Shown here: piece by piece, positions 25,230 through 37,403 of the stretch | Layout of the letters: every line of letters starts with the position of its first letter | Numbering within the stretch: position 1 is the first letter of the stretch | DNA from: Phyllosticta citribraziliensis | Lineage: Eukaryota | Assembly: GCF_038025025.1 (NCBI RefSeq) | Contig: NW_027117340.1 | Span: 1,116,001 to 1,180,000, forward strand | Direction: 5' to 3' | Length of the DNA stretch: 64,000 nt | Notes under the pieces: generated by a model | What the model was told of the DNA's origin: nothing | Seen by the model: only the letters and a program-made list of their open reading frames with translations | Database searches by the model: none | Program-made: the position numbers and the translations under genes

Positions 25230-27404
25230 ATGGACGTTTGCAAGTGGCTAGAAGAGACCGTTGGCCCTGGTCCTCCTGCAACTTTGACTCTGCCCCCAGC
25301 CCGCGACGCAAGGGAAGAGCCGGTCCACCAAAACGACAGACCATCATTCCACCAGACGCGCGGATGCAACCACCTCTTCTCAGACAGCTCACTTCTCCAT
25401 GTGGTCCGCTCTGGCAACGTTCAAGGATTCTCTGCGCACAATCCAGACCACATTCAGCGCCCGCCGCGGCAATTTCTGGACGAGGACAGACCCACCACCG
25501 CTCCCTCTGACGCCTCCGACCCCCACCAACAAGATGGTGCCGACCCGTACACTCGTAGGCCCCGGCGCAGGACGAGGCCCGAGATGTACGAGCCTAAACT
25601 GGGGGGCGACAGGGAAAGGACGAAGCAAAGACGCAAGAGGGAAAAAGAAAAGTCGGGGAAGAAGGGGTCCAAGCCCAAGCCCCGGCCCAAGGCTGCAAAG
25701 GACAAGCCATCACACCGTGCGCACGCCTTCCAGGCCCAGAATGTTTCCACGGAAAGGCTTACCGTACGGTAGACTGTCGTTTGGTGCCGTCTACATACTC
25801 TGACTGACGCGGGCACAGATGAAGCCCAACCGGAGCATTGGTCTCTTCACAAAGGGTCGAGCATCAACTCCAGTCAAAGGACGTGGCTGTGAGTGAAGAC
25901 TTACTTGGCACGCCAGACTCATGCCAGACTTCTAATGTCCTACGTAGTACCTGATCTGGTATTCTCCGAGATGCGGTTCTTGCAGAAGCAGGATGACACA
26001 AGGGAAAAGAACCAAGAAGAGACACGTAACAAACGAAAAAGAAAGGACCCGACCCATGTCCAGGGGCAAGAGATTTCTGCTTACTTTGGTGCCAAACGGC
26101 CACCCCTCGCCGACAAGGATCAGAACATCCAACGGAAGCCATCAGAGCATCGTTCTAGGTCCACGAGCCTCCGTCAGAGATCTCACAGCCGATCTTCAAC
26201 GCGCTTCGAGTCGGCTAGGCCACCCATAGAGCTCCCCGATAAGCCATACTTGGGATTCGGAAGTCGGGGTGTCGATCCAGTTGCATCGGATCCCACCCAT
26301 TATATCCCTTGGTCGGAGTCGGTACGGAATGCCAGTCATCAGGAATACCAGCCGTCTGAGGCACCGCTGCCACCGATCCAGCCATCACTTCGGCCTTACA
26401 AACAGAGTGCGAAGGCACATGGCTCGGTTGGGGGACAGTCTGGTCGCGACTCTGGCGCGTCCGGAGAAGGCGAATGGTCGCAAAGGGGTGGTCAAATCGC
26501 CGCGCGATCCACAAGTGACAGATGTCGCAATTCAAAGGTCATTCCTGAGGGCGTTGGGCGTCGCGAGAGCGGCTCGAGTCCGAAGGCAATCGCTGAGCGT
26601 TCAGTGTCCTCGACATCCAATCAGTCGACGGTCCCAAGACACGAGCCACGACTGAGAAAAGAATCTCCTCGATTCAACGGCCGATTCGACAAAAGTGTCC
26701 TGACTGCTAACCTCGAGAAAGAAACAGTTGATGGTGCAGTGAAAGCAGACAACCATCGTGAGCCAAATCGAAGCGTCCCCAACCAAGTCCCGGATTGCCG
26801 TGTTGAAAGAAGGAAAATGCGCACCGAGAACGCCGTGTTCCTGAACGCTGATTCTAACGAGATCGACCCTGCAAAAGTTCCAACTCCAAGATCTTCGTCG
26901 CCGCTGGGCATATTGCTACGCAATTGTGAGAACGCTTGCAACGAGTCGTATTCTGACACGGGTAGCCTGTCATCGGCGATCCCAGTCTCCAACAGCCCAC
27001 CGGCCACTAAGAAGGTCCTGACATATCAGCGGGACGAAGTACACCGCCCAACGATGCCTCAACGCTGGGCCTCTGGCCATGGACCTGGTCGTCCAAGTTT
27101 CTACGAAAGGCAGTGGTCGGAAGTTGGAGTTGACGAGGTACCATGTGAGAATTTGGAAGGAGAGGACGACGTTGACGCGGGCAATTATGCCAACGTGACG
27201 GGAAATGCTTACACCGACATTGACTTCGGAGGGTCCGGGTGCTGGGCCGGCGACGACCCTGAAGTGCCAGGGGCTTGGAATAGAGGGTACGGCGATGGGT
27301 TTGAGGACTTTCCAGGTCCGTCGGCAGAGGATGTTGCAGCCAAAACGAGAGCAAGCGTCGGAGGAGAAGTCGAATGGACCTGGAGGCGCCACAAGCTGTA
27401 TTAG
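25230..27404 (+). CDS. Conserved-looking fungal hypothetical protein
   Basis: Exons 25230-25763, 25819-25888, 25948-27404 splice in frame to give FQAQNVSTERLT-MKP...GLFTKGRASTPVKGRG-LPDLVFSEMRFL; the rest is low complexity. Confidence 0.72.
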
Positions 27405-27605
27405 TAGTGTAAATGTCAATTTGATACACCCCGGCCATTGGATTACGTGGTGGCCGGTACGGTACGGCGGAGATCGGATGGTCTTGAGGCGGCTGGCGTA
27501 GGTTTTCCGACCGACAAGAATTCATGACCTCGGTCGACCACCACCGCCCTATTGGCTTTTTGATAGCTAGCCATCCATCCGAACCACGCTCGCAAGACGT
27601 ACTGA

Positions 27606-28955
27606 ATGCGCGCTGCCATTGTCCCGTCGTGTACAAGGACTTTGAGCCGTGGTCTGCACATTTCGCCCGCACTCGGCCTCCGGCAGGCAGTCTCGCGCAG
27701 ACCGCCCGCCCTGACGTTCGCAACGCTGGCGGCGCCTAAAAATCCACCCAACCCCTCCATCTCCCGCAACCCCACCACCCTCGACACCACAATTCAACGA
27801 CGCACTCATCTCGTCGCGGGTCATCTTCATTTCTCATCAACTCGATCCACCGCCACCATGTCTCCCGTCTACACCTCCAGGAAGATTGGTGCTCCCCACA
27901 CCCTGGAGCACCGCATCTACATCGAGAAGGACGGCCAGCCCATTTCGCCCTTCCACGACCTCCCCCTCTACGCCAATGACTCCCAGACGGTCCTCAACAT
28001 GATTGTTGAGGTCCCCCGCTGGACCAATGCGAAGATGGAGGCAAGTTGCGACGCCGTTCTTCGCTGCCGCGCGCGTTTCGTTGGCTAACCCCCTGGCAAT
28101 GGACAGATCTCCAAGGAGGAGACCCTCAACCCCATCAAGCAGGACACCAAGAAGGGCAAGCTTCGCTACGTCCGCAACTGCTTCCCCCACAAGGGCTACC
28201 TCTGGAACTACGGTGCCTTCCCCCAGGTACGCTTCCTGCCCACCGTCGCAAACGCCTCTGGTGCTGATTGTCACAACAGACCTGGGAGGACCCCAACACC
28301 GTCCACCCCGAGACCAAGGCCAAGGGTGACAACGACCCGCTCGACGTCTGCGAGATTGGTGAGCTCGTCGCCAAGCCCGGTGAGGTCAAGCAGGTCAAGG
28401 TCCTCGGTGTCATGGCCCTCCTCGACGAGGAGGAGACCGACTGGAAGGTCATTGTCATCGATGTCAACGACCCTCTGGCTCCCAAGCTCAACGACATTGA
28501 GGACGTTGAGAGGCACCTGCCCGGTCTTCTGAGGGCCACCAACGAGTGGTTCCGCATCTACAAGATCCCCGACGGCAAGCCCGAGAACCAGTTCGCCTTC
28601 TCTGGCGAGTGCAAGAACAAGAAGTACGTATCGTCGAGGGCACGAGTCGGTCCTTTACTGACTTTTCTCAACCAGGTACGCCATGGACGTCATCCGCGAG
28701 TGCGCCGAGGCCTGGGACCGCCTTATTGTTGGCAAGACCCCCAAGGGCGACATTGCTCTGTAAGTTTCAAGACCGCGCGGGTTTCTTTTCTCATTGGCGC
28801 TAACATTGTGCAGTACCAACACCACCGTCTCCAACTCCCCCGACCGCGTTGAGCCCAGCTCCGTCAACGTTCCCAAGGGTGAGAACCACTCTCCTGCTCC
28901 CATCGACCCCAGCATCGACAAGTGGTTCTTCATCTCTGGTGCTCCCACCCAGTAA
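27606..28955 (+). CDS. IPP1: Inorganic pyrophosphatase (family I); cytosolic start at 27858, upstream in-frame ATG at 27606
   Basis: [42 protein letters not shown] motifs. Introns 28041-28106 (GC-AG), 28227-28279, 28624-28675, 28760-28813. Confidence 0.96.
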
Positions 28956-29164
28956 GCGGGTGTAAACTTGCTCAGCCAAACTACGCTCCGCATTTCGCCC
29001 TTTGGGTGACGATTTGATGGCCTTTACATAGTCGCAGTTGCAGAGACGGTATAGACAAAAGCACAACAACAAAGTGCCATTGGGCATGCTGCCCGGGGAC
29101 TCTTTTGGCCACAACTCCGTGAAATGCATGACCAAACTTCGTGACAATGTCTCGCCGATTATCC

Positions 29165-29517
29165 TTAACCCTGAAGCTCATCTGCTCTCGCGAGCATGCG
29201 CGAGTGACGGTTAACCTCTTCCTGCACGTCTCTGATCTGGAGCTTGGAGAGGTCCAAGTTCATCTCTTTGCCATCCTCTGCCGCCCTCGTTAGCCAAAAC
29301 CGCCTGGTCCCATAGCGGATTATGTAAACAACATACTGAATTTGAGGCTCAGTGGCGTGTCCTGGTCGGTGTAGCGCTGTAGCAGCTTTGCATCTATTTT
29401 CATGCCATCTTGCCTTGCATTCGGCGGCAGCAGCGCCAAAAAGTTGCGCGCGACCTTGCCCGTCTTGCTAAAGGGATTGAACTTCAACGACACCTCGGTC
29501 AGGTAGCGGGTGATCAT
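29165..29517 (-). CDS. MRPL44: Mitochondrial large-subunit ribosomal protein mL53 (MRPL44)
   Basis: MITRYLTEVSLKFNPFS...LKF|KDGKEMNLDLSKLQIRDVQEEVNRHSRMLARADELQG; exons 29517-29337 and 29277-29165. Confidence 0.88.
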
Positions 29518-29879
29518 TTCGACGACTAAGGGTGCGTGTCTCGGACTGGCGGGCTGGATGCGGAAGTTGCGCTGCCGGCTGGTTTGGAAGGCAAAGGAAG
29601 AGTCTTTCTAGACCTCCGCACTATTGTCAGGCACGAGTTACGCAGTGGGGTGTTGGAAAACGCACTCGACGGAGAAGTCTGCAGAGATTGGACGGGCAGT
29701 GGTCGTGTTGGAGCTCTACAGAAGTTCGCGCGGGCCCTCTGGTCTCTCTCAGGGCAGCAATAATGGAGGAGTCGCTGGCGCGGCATTTTCCGCTCCGCCG
29801 ATCGACCGCCCATGACATCGCCAGCTGGGCAGCTAAGAACCCGTCCACCGCGTCCGCCGCTCTTCCGCGCTTCTGCAGC

Positions 29880-31295
29880 ATGACAACCACACAAGCCCTC
29901 GCCACGCGCCTATCGAGCCTGTCCGACCAGAACAAGCAGACCGTCCAGCTCATCCACCGCCTCGCAAAGCTCCAGTTCCAACCGGGAAGCGCCCCGCTAG
30001 ACGGCGACGAGGGCGACGTTCGCATCGAACTCAGTTCCGAAATACACGACAGCTTGAAGCTGCAGGAAGAGGAATTGGAGCTTTTCAGACAAGAGGTCGA
30101 GGAGCTTATTGGCAGCCGGGTAATTCGTACCGGGACAAAGGAAAGCGACAAGGAGCGGGAAAAGAGCCGCCTGAGCATTCAGGTTGCGCGGTTGGAAGAA
30201 GACCTTAAACAGTAAGAGGACACGTTCTTCATCGCAGACAGTCAAGACCTAACAACCTCCCGCAGAGCACGAAGCCAGTTCCGCAAAGCCCAACTCCAAG
30301 CCAAGCGCAACGCCGAAGCTGCCAAGCAGAAAGAACGCGAGCTCCTCTTTGCCGGCATCCAAGAAGGCAGCACACTCCCCTCAGCAGGCCGACGGCGCGA
30401 CGCAAATTCGAAGCTCACCCAGGACGAAATCGTTGCGGCCGCCTCGTCCGACGTGACCGCCGCCCTGCGCCGAACCCACCATTTGATGACATCGGAGCTA
30501 TCACGCTCGCGCTTCGCTCAAGAGACACTCGACCAAAGCACCGCGGCCCTCGCCGAGCTGGGCGAACGCTACACCGACCTCAACACACTCCTCTCCAGCT
30601 CCAAGACTCTAGTCAACACCCTTCTTCGGAGCCAAAAGACCGACACGTGGTACCTGGAGACCACACTCTACATACTCCTCACGACACTTGTTTGGCTCCT
30701 GTACCGCCGCCTCCTCTACGGCCCTACCTGGTGGCTCATCTGGCTGCCTCTCAAGCTCACCTACAAGCTCGTATTTGCCGTACTTGCAGCCGTCGGGCTC
30801 TCGGGTTCCGCACCCAACACCACTGCCCCAGCAACCAGCTCGTTGTCAACGTCTTCGAGCCTAATTGTCAAGCCTTCCGCATCGAACAGACCGCCACCCC
30901 GCCAGTCAGGCCAGCAAGCACGCTTTGTTCGCGCAGGCGCAGGCGGCTCTGGTGTCAAAGCGGGCGATCCTCAGCCCCAGGAACCCTACCAACCACAGCA
31001 CTATCAAAAAGAGCAAGACCCCAGTCCCGAGGGCAGCATGTCACAGCACGTTGGTCGCATGGCTGAGGCAGCTGGATCTCAGCGGGAGCAAGACCAGCAA
31101 GGACAGGGAGATGATGTGCCCCGCCGCGGCGACGGCCAGCCGTTGCAGCAGTCGGATCAGCCGCGCAATCCCAAGAAGCGCATGATGGATGTAGGAGTGG
31201 AGCAGGAGCGTATGGCGAGAGAGGAGGCGGAGCAGCAGCAACAACACGTGGTAAAAGACATGGAAGAGGGCGAGAGGAAAAGGGATGAGTTGTGA
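29880..31295 (+). CDS. SEC20: ER t-SNARE Sec20 with lumenal RDEL tail
   Basis: Coiled coil VTAALRRTHHLMTSELSRS...STAAL, KTDTWYL plus TM helix (LVWLLYRRLLY), C-terminal RDEL; intron 30212-30265; alternative in-frame ATG at 29763. Confidence 0.88.
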
Positions 31296-32027
31296 GTGAT
31301 CGTGTGGGAGCGTTGACGCCCAAAGTGGAATTTGGGGTATCTCTTGCTTATTGTTGTGAGTTTGGACCGTTGGAGCATAGCGTACTCTTGAAATTTTTCA
31401 TGTGTCTTTCATCTCATTTGCATTCTTGTTCTTGGCGCTCGAACATGAGGAACCTACTCACATGCTCGTGCAGACTGCGGCCTGCTATCGATGTCATCCT
31501 TGGAAAGAGGATACCACAGAAAATGTCACCTCCCACCTAGTACTACGAATACGCTACGCGTAGGGGGACTGTCGTTCAGCAATTCTGAATTAAATTAGGA
31601 AGCTGCCATGTCTTTTGACACAAGGTGCCCGCAATTTTCCAAGACAAGCAATCCTATCACGGCTTTGACAACATAGTCTTGCATTGCAGCAAGTCCAGGG
31701 CAAAGTCTTTGAGTTCAGGAGATTGTTGTGACCAACCGTGGTTTGGATTTGGAGAGAACCAGTTCTACCTCTTCTCCCTTGCCACATCTCCCTCAAGTAC
31801 CTCCTGCAATGGTCCTACGCTGCGCGCGAATACATGTGTTGTCCTTGTCGCCGATTTCTGGCCTTCTCTCGCTCGACTCATTCCCCTCCTTCTCTCTTAC
31901 TTCGTTGCTCCATCTTCTTCTTCTTCTTCTTCTTCTTCTTCTTCCGGGTTGACGAGAGGACCAAAGGATTAGAATACTCCAACATTCTTCCCTGCAAAAG
32001 TCCCTGCTGGAGCGCCCAACATCCACC

Positions 32028-33255
32028 ATGCAACTCTATCAACTGGCCGTCATCTTCGGCCTGGTCGTCCTGCCACCGCTCAGCACGGCACAACTCCCCA
32101 ACCCCCCCTGCAACCCGATGAAGGCGCCGCAGCAATCGCCATGTCCGCTGATGCCAGGGCTCAACAACCCGAGGAAAATCACGTTCGACTTTGCGCACGA
32201 GGCCAAGCCGGCGACGGTGGGAGGCTGGAACGCTCTCAACAATTCGAGCGGCGTCGCCTGGACGAAGGACGGCGCCGAGTTCACCGTCTCCAAGCGTGGC
32301 GACAGGCCGACGATCGAGCTGGACTCGTACATCTGGTACGGCCGCGTCGACGTCGAGATGCAGGCTGCGAAGGGAAGCGATGTCCTCAATGCCATCAGCA
32401 TCGTGAGCGACACGGGCGACGAGATCAACTGGGTAAGTGTTCAGACTCGGGCCCTCACTCTGTATGCAGATTGAAATCGAAATTGAAATACTGACCACTC
32501 CTCCTCCTCCTGCACAGCAAATGTCGGGCAGCGAACTGCGAATGCCAAAGAGCGGCTACGCTGGCCAGGGCGTCCAAGGCCGCAGGAGAGACCACCTGCC
32601 CATGTCCACTTCGACCTACGACAACGAGCCCATCTACCACACGTACTCGATCGACTGGAGCGAGGAGCGCATCCAGTGGGAGGTCGACAACGAAGTCGTG
32701 CGCACCATGGTCCCCCAGGAGACCTCCGGCGGTGCCGTCTACCCCCAGACTCCGTCCAGAGTGCGCATCGGCGTCACGGCCGACGGCGGCGCCGCAGTGA
32801 ACGCGAGCGCCACCGCGCCGCTGAAGATGTACGTGCGCAAGGTCATGGTCAAGAACGACTACCATTCCCAGTACTACGAGTTTGTGGACCGCTCGGGAAA
32901 GGTGGGCAGTAGCAGCAGCAGCAGCAGCAACAACAACTCGAGCAATCGCCACACGCTTGGAGCCAAGAAACCAAAAGGGGGCCTCTTCAACATTCACAAG
33001 TTCGACTCGTTTGACGACCGCATGAATCGAAAGCACAACAAGCATCACAAGAAGCACGACAATCTCGCCGCGAAATCGACTCCTGTACGCTACTTTGAGC
33101 CAACTGGGATTCACGAGTTTGACTCGCCTTCGGAGCTGTCCCGCCCTAATCACCAGCACTTGAAGGCCCCTTTGTCCAATCCTGCAGCGGGACTGGCGGT
33201 CCCGAATGCCTTTCTGCCCCTCCTGGTTTTGGGCGGTCTTGCGGTTGTGGTGTAA
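32028..33255 (+). CDS. GH16 Crh/Utr2-like cell-wall protein, secreted and probably GPI-anchored, with a degenerate catalytic motif
   Basis: Signal peptide, CNP..CP, YIWYGRVDVEMQAAKG, HTYSIDW..ERIQWEVD, YPQTP, hydrophobic C-terminus; intron 32433-32517; motif reads DEINWQ. Confidence 0.85.
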
Positions 33256-33512
33256 AGTCTGACTGAGCTGTCGTGCCTGGTTGTCGTTGCTTTGGACACT
33301 GACAGAGCCAGGGCATGACAAAGTTCACGTTTTGTTCATCTTTGATTTGTCAGAAAGGGTTGGCTGTCCGTGGAGTACATGTAATAATTAAATTTTGCTT
33401 CCAGAGCTGCCGCGAGCTGAAGATAATAAATCGACGTCGTTGCTGACCTTGTTCTTCGAATTAGTTGACGAGGGATTCTTTTTGGCATTGCGAGAGAGAG
33501 AGAGAGAGAGGC

Positions 33513-34334
33513 TCAAACAACATTCTCCTTCAGCCACGCGTCCCACTGCTCGCCGGTGAAGCTGCTCGAGATGCTGTTCTCGACGACGCCCTGTGTTTCT
33601 TGTCAGTTTGACCGCGTAGTGGAAAACAAAGAGTGATCTAGAGAGGGGGAGAGAGAAGGAGAGATCTCACATTGAACACAACCGTCGGCGTGACATGAAT
33701 GCCAACCAGACGGTTCGTCTTGACCATGACCTTAATATCATTGGTCACCTTGTTGCCCACGTTCAACGCGTCGCCCTCGGCCTTGTCCGGTATCTCGAGC
33801 AAGCCATACACCTCCTTCTCGTCGACGCCGACGCTCCCCGCGATCTTGGCCAGCCGCTTGTACGTGTTGTTGCGCGTCTCGTTGACGACGGGCACGTCGA
33901 AGAAGGCCGTCTGCTGCTCGAACAGCGCCTTGCTGAAGTCGTAGAAGCGGTCCGGCGCCAGCCGCAGCACCGCCGCGCCCGCCTCGTGCACCAGCGTGCT
34001 GGACGGGTGCCACGGCTGGATCTGCTGCCGGAAGATGACCTGGAGGGACGAGGCGTAGCGGGTCTTGACCGTGGGCAGGACGTGCTCGTAGACTGTGTTG
34101 AACATCTTTTTGGAGAACTGCGGGACGTGGGGTTAGCGGGCGGGGTGTTGCCGCGCATGGCAGGCTGAAACTTGCTTACTGGACAGACGTAGTCGAGATC
34201 TGTGATGGATTCCATGGTCAGAACTGCGTTCTTTTGACGAGCTTCGTGCGGTGCTTACAGAGCTCGAGGGTGTGGACGGTCTTGATGCCCGACCCAGCGA
34301 CCTTTTGGCCGGCGAACTTGGGAGCCAATGCCAT
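33513..34334 (-). CDS. DsbA/thioredoxin-fold protein
   Basis: LELYLDYVCPFSKKMF, QIQPWHPSS, cis-Pro loop GIHVTPTVVFNG; exons 34334-34259, 34199-34180, 34117-33671, 33590-33513. Confidence 0.85.
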
Positions 34335-37300
34335 GATTTTTGACGGTGTGTTTGTGAGCAACTCGATTGAAGCTTTCCGGGAGTAGTCTGAAGTAGGGGA
34401 AGTGTTGAGGAGGTGGCGTTGGAGCTGTCGTTATCGTGGATCGCGATGGTTGCAATTGATTGAGCCAGTGATTGCGGATGACCCCGCGATGACGACATCC
34501 AGTTTCGCGGCGATTCTGGAACACCTGCATGCATCATCCATCTCACTGAGCACATCAACCATTCGCATGAGAATGCATATGGGTCTCTTCAATATATTTA
34601 CGAGGACCACCGTTCAGTCATGAAAAAGAAATGTTTAAATCGCCAATCGGAACTGGAAGTTTCTTGGGAGCAGGAGTCCAACATCATTCAAGAGCGGACA
34701 GTCGCAGCCCTTGGGAATAGGAACTTTTCTGTCCTTGAATAACAAGCTTTGCTGGACCGAGAATCCAATGGGCATTTGGGCGAATTGAACCTGGCGTCGT
34801 TGTAACTTGGCGGCGCTCTGCGATAGATACTTTGGCGCAAGCCGCTAACCTCAAAGAGCAAAACCAAAACTAAAGCCCCCTGACGTTGGTTTTGATTTTA
34901 TTTGAACAACACGGCGCGAAGGCATCACGAAACAAAGCATCAAAACGGGACCGGCTACGAGTTGCTGCTCGGCCGTCGTAGTAGACATGTCAAAGGGAGC
35001 AAATTGAAGACCAGGAACGAAGCGAAACCGTTGTCTCAACACCAAAGTCCAGAAAGCACAGCGCCCAACTTTCCCCATCTCCCCGAGCCACAAGAATCAT
35101 GACTCGTGCCCTTCCATCAATGGCCTGGGTCTCAGAATCGTAGCGCCATTCTGGAGCCGCCGAGTGAGATTGATCAACAAGACAAGACCGACGACGCAGT
35201 TCAGGGGACGCAAGAAAGAAGGGCCCAAAAGAATGAGTCGTGAATGCTCCCAATGACAACGGCACGGAAAGGCGGGCATGGCGTCCCGAAATTGGCGGGG
35301 GGAGAACGGAAAGGAAACGAGGCACGCACGCAGCGCTTAGAAAACGCCACGAGGTTGTCGTGCTACCGGTGGCCGACGGACGGGCTCTTGTGCTACGTAC
35401 GTACGAACCTGCCGGCATGGAAGCAAGCTGGGTGTAGTTGTGCATATCTTTGGTTCGCAATTTAGTGGCATGAAGGGATGAGAGTGGCGGAAGAAGAGTC
35501 TGCTAGCTTTTCATGCGCAGGTTGGTGTGTCTTGAATGTGCTGGTCCTGGGCTGGGTGGTTTAGGGGGGCGAGACGCAACGGTACGCCGTGCTCAAAGAC
35601 ATGTCTCTTCTGCGCATGAATCCAACTCTGCTGGCTGATGTTTAGACCGTTGCAAAGTCTAGGAGCGACGAGAAGTGATCGAATCGGAAAATGGCCTTCG
35701 CAATGCCCTTGACACATGGCGTAAATGCGCATCCAACGCTTCGCCCCCTGCGTCCAATCCCCCAGAACAGCTGAAAAGAACATTGCAACAAGTGCGGCAT
35801 GTGAGGATGAAGGGCCGGAGGGGAGGAGGGCCGCCTAGTAGGTAACGCAGACTTGAACATCAGTCCGCGTTTTGGGGCCGTGCGGTGGACCTTCCATGCC
35901 GACACCAGGTTGTTTGCTGCTATACTTGGGAGGAGTGCCAGAAACTCAAGAAACATTCTGGCGCGCAAGCATCGAGCCCGCCAACCAATCAGCCAGCCAG
36001 CCATCCACGAGCACTGCACAGCCCATAAGTCCATGGTTTCCACGCCGCCCGTAGCAGTCTATGCGCGCGCATTGCATGGCATGACAGAGCATGGCATGAA
36101 ACCAAGCATGTTTCCTCCCTGCGCAAGTAGGCGGGCGCGAGCGAGCAAGGGCGCAGGCATGTATGTATCCCAAGCTCGAAGGGGAGACAAGAGGCGGGGG
36201 CCAAGAGGCAAGAAGCGGGAGCAAGCGGGCGCAATAGAAGCAGGAGATGGGTGGTGCAGTGTGTGGTGCAGGGAGAAATAGGAAAGGGTAGACGAATGGA
36301 TGGATCGTCTTGGTGTGCCCTGAGATGGACTTGGGGTTGGGATTGCATTCAACAAGGCCTCAATCTTGTTTCTCATGCGTGTGACGCTGAGCGCGCGGGT
36401 GAGGGGGTGAGCTCAGGGGTCGTTGGACTCGTCTCATCTCATCATCGTGCTTGCGTCGATGACAGCAGGCCCGCCCGGTTGAATGCTGAGCTTGAGCCAC
36501 TCGAACCAATGCGACATCCCGTCTGCACAGCGGAGATGGTGATGACGGGGCACGAAGGATCCATAGAGCAAGGCCATCATCGCTCAAGAATCCGTCCCCT
36601 GTCAAATGGGTTTCCCACCAGCTCCACAGAAACAAAAGAAAGGAAGAGGCAGGTAATCTGCATGAAAGATTGACCGTACACCACGGCCACCCATAGATCT
36701 TTGCGAAGCAAGCAAGACGTTCGCCGTCACACTCGCGCCCTACGGCGGAGCTCACGCAGCACCAATTTTTCTTTTGCTTCCTTCGCGCGTGGTTACATTG
36801 CGGCGCGATGCATCGGAGAAGCTGCAGGATGTGGTCAAGGCATGGCGGCAACTCCGGCACGTGGCAAAGATGCCTGCCAGGCAGTCCGCCGCCAGCCAGA
36901 GCCGGAGGAGAGAAGGACGGACGCATCTTGCGGCGTGAGCATCATGTACTTTCGAGTATGTAGAGGTCCAAAGCCAAGGCGGTAGATTGGGTCCAGCACG
37001 CGCTCACCCTTCAATGTGTAGTTCTGGACCGCAACATGCATACAGCGGGTGGAGCGAGCAGAAAATCCATCTGTCTGCGACCGCTGAACCAGGGGTTCGA
37101 CAGCCCAGAAGACGGGGAATGAGGCAAATGAAAGAGTAGGAGAGGTCGACTCCCCACCTTTACGCGCCAAACGTGGTACAGAGTGCAGCGGTTGAGAGGC
37201 ATTTGGAGCACACCCTCTCCTCTCTCCACCCCCACAAGCCGAGCCTGAATACCGCCCGTCGGCTCTCCGGGTCCAGCATCCAAGGCACTGCGGCCAGCCA

Positions 37301-37379
37301 AGACCACGGCTGGTCTATTGGGAGGCCAGGTTTGGTAAACGCGCTGGTCGTCGTCAACCCCACCAGAAAAGATGGACAA

Positions 37380-37403
37380 GGGGGGGGGGGGGGGGGGGGG
37401 GGG
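37380..37403 (+). repeat. G24 homopolymer
   Basis: 24 consecutive G. Confidence 0.9.

Noticed and set aside
28950..29120. GTAAGC overlapping the IPP1 stop codon as a route to a cryptic PTS1 isoform
   Set aside because: Neither read-through nor splicing to the nearby AG acceptors gives an SKL-like C-terminus.
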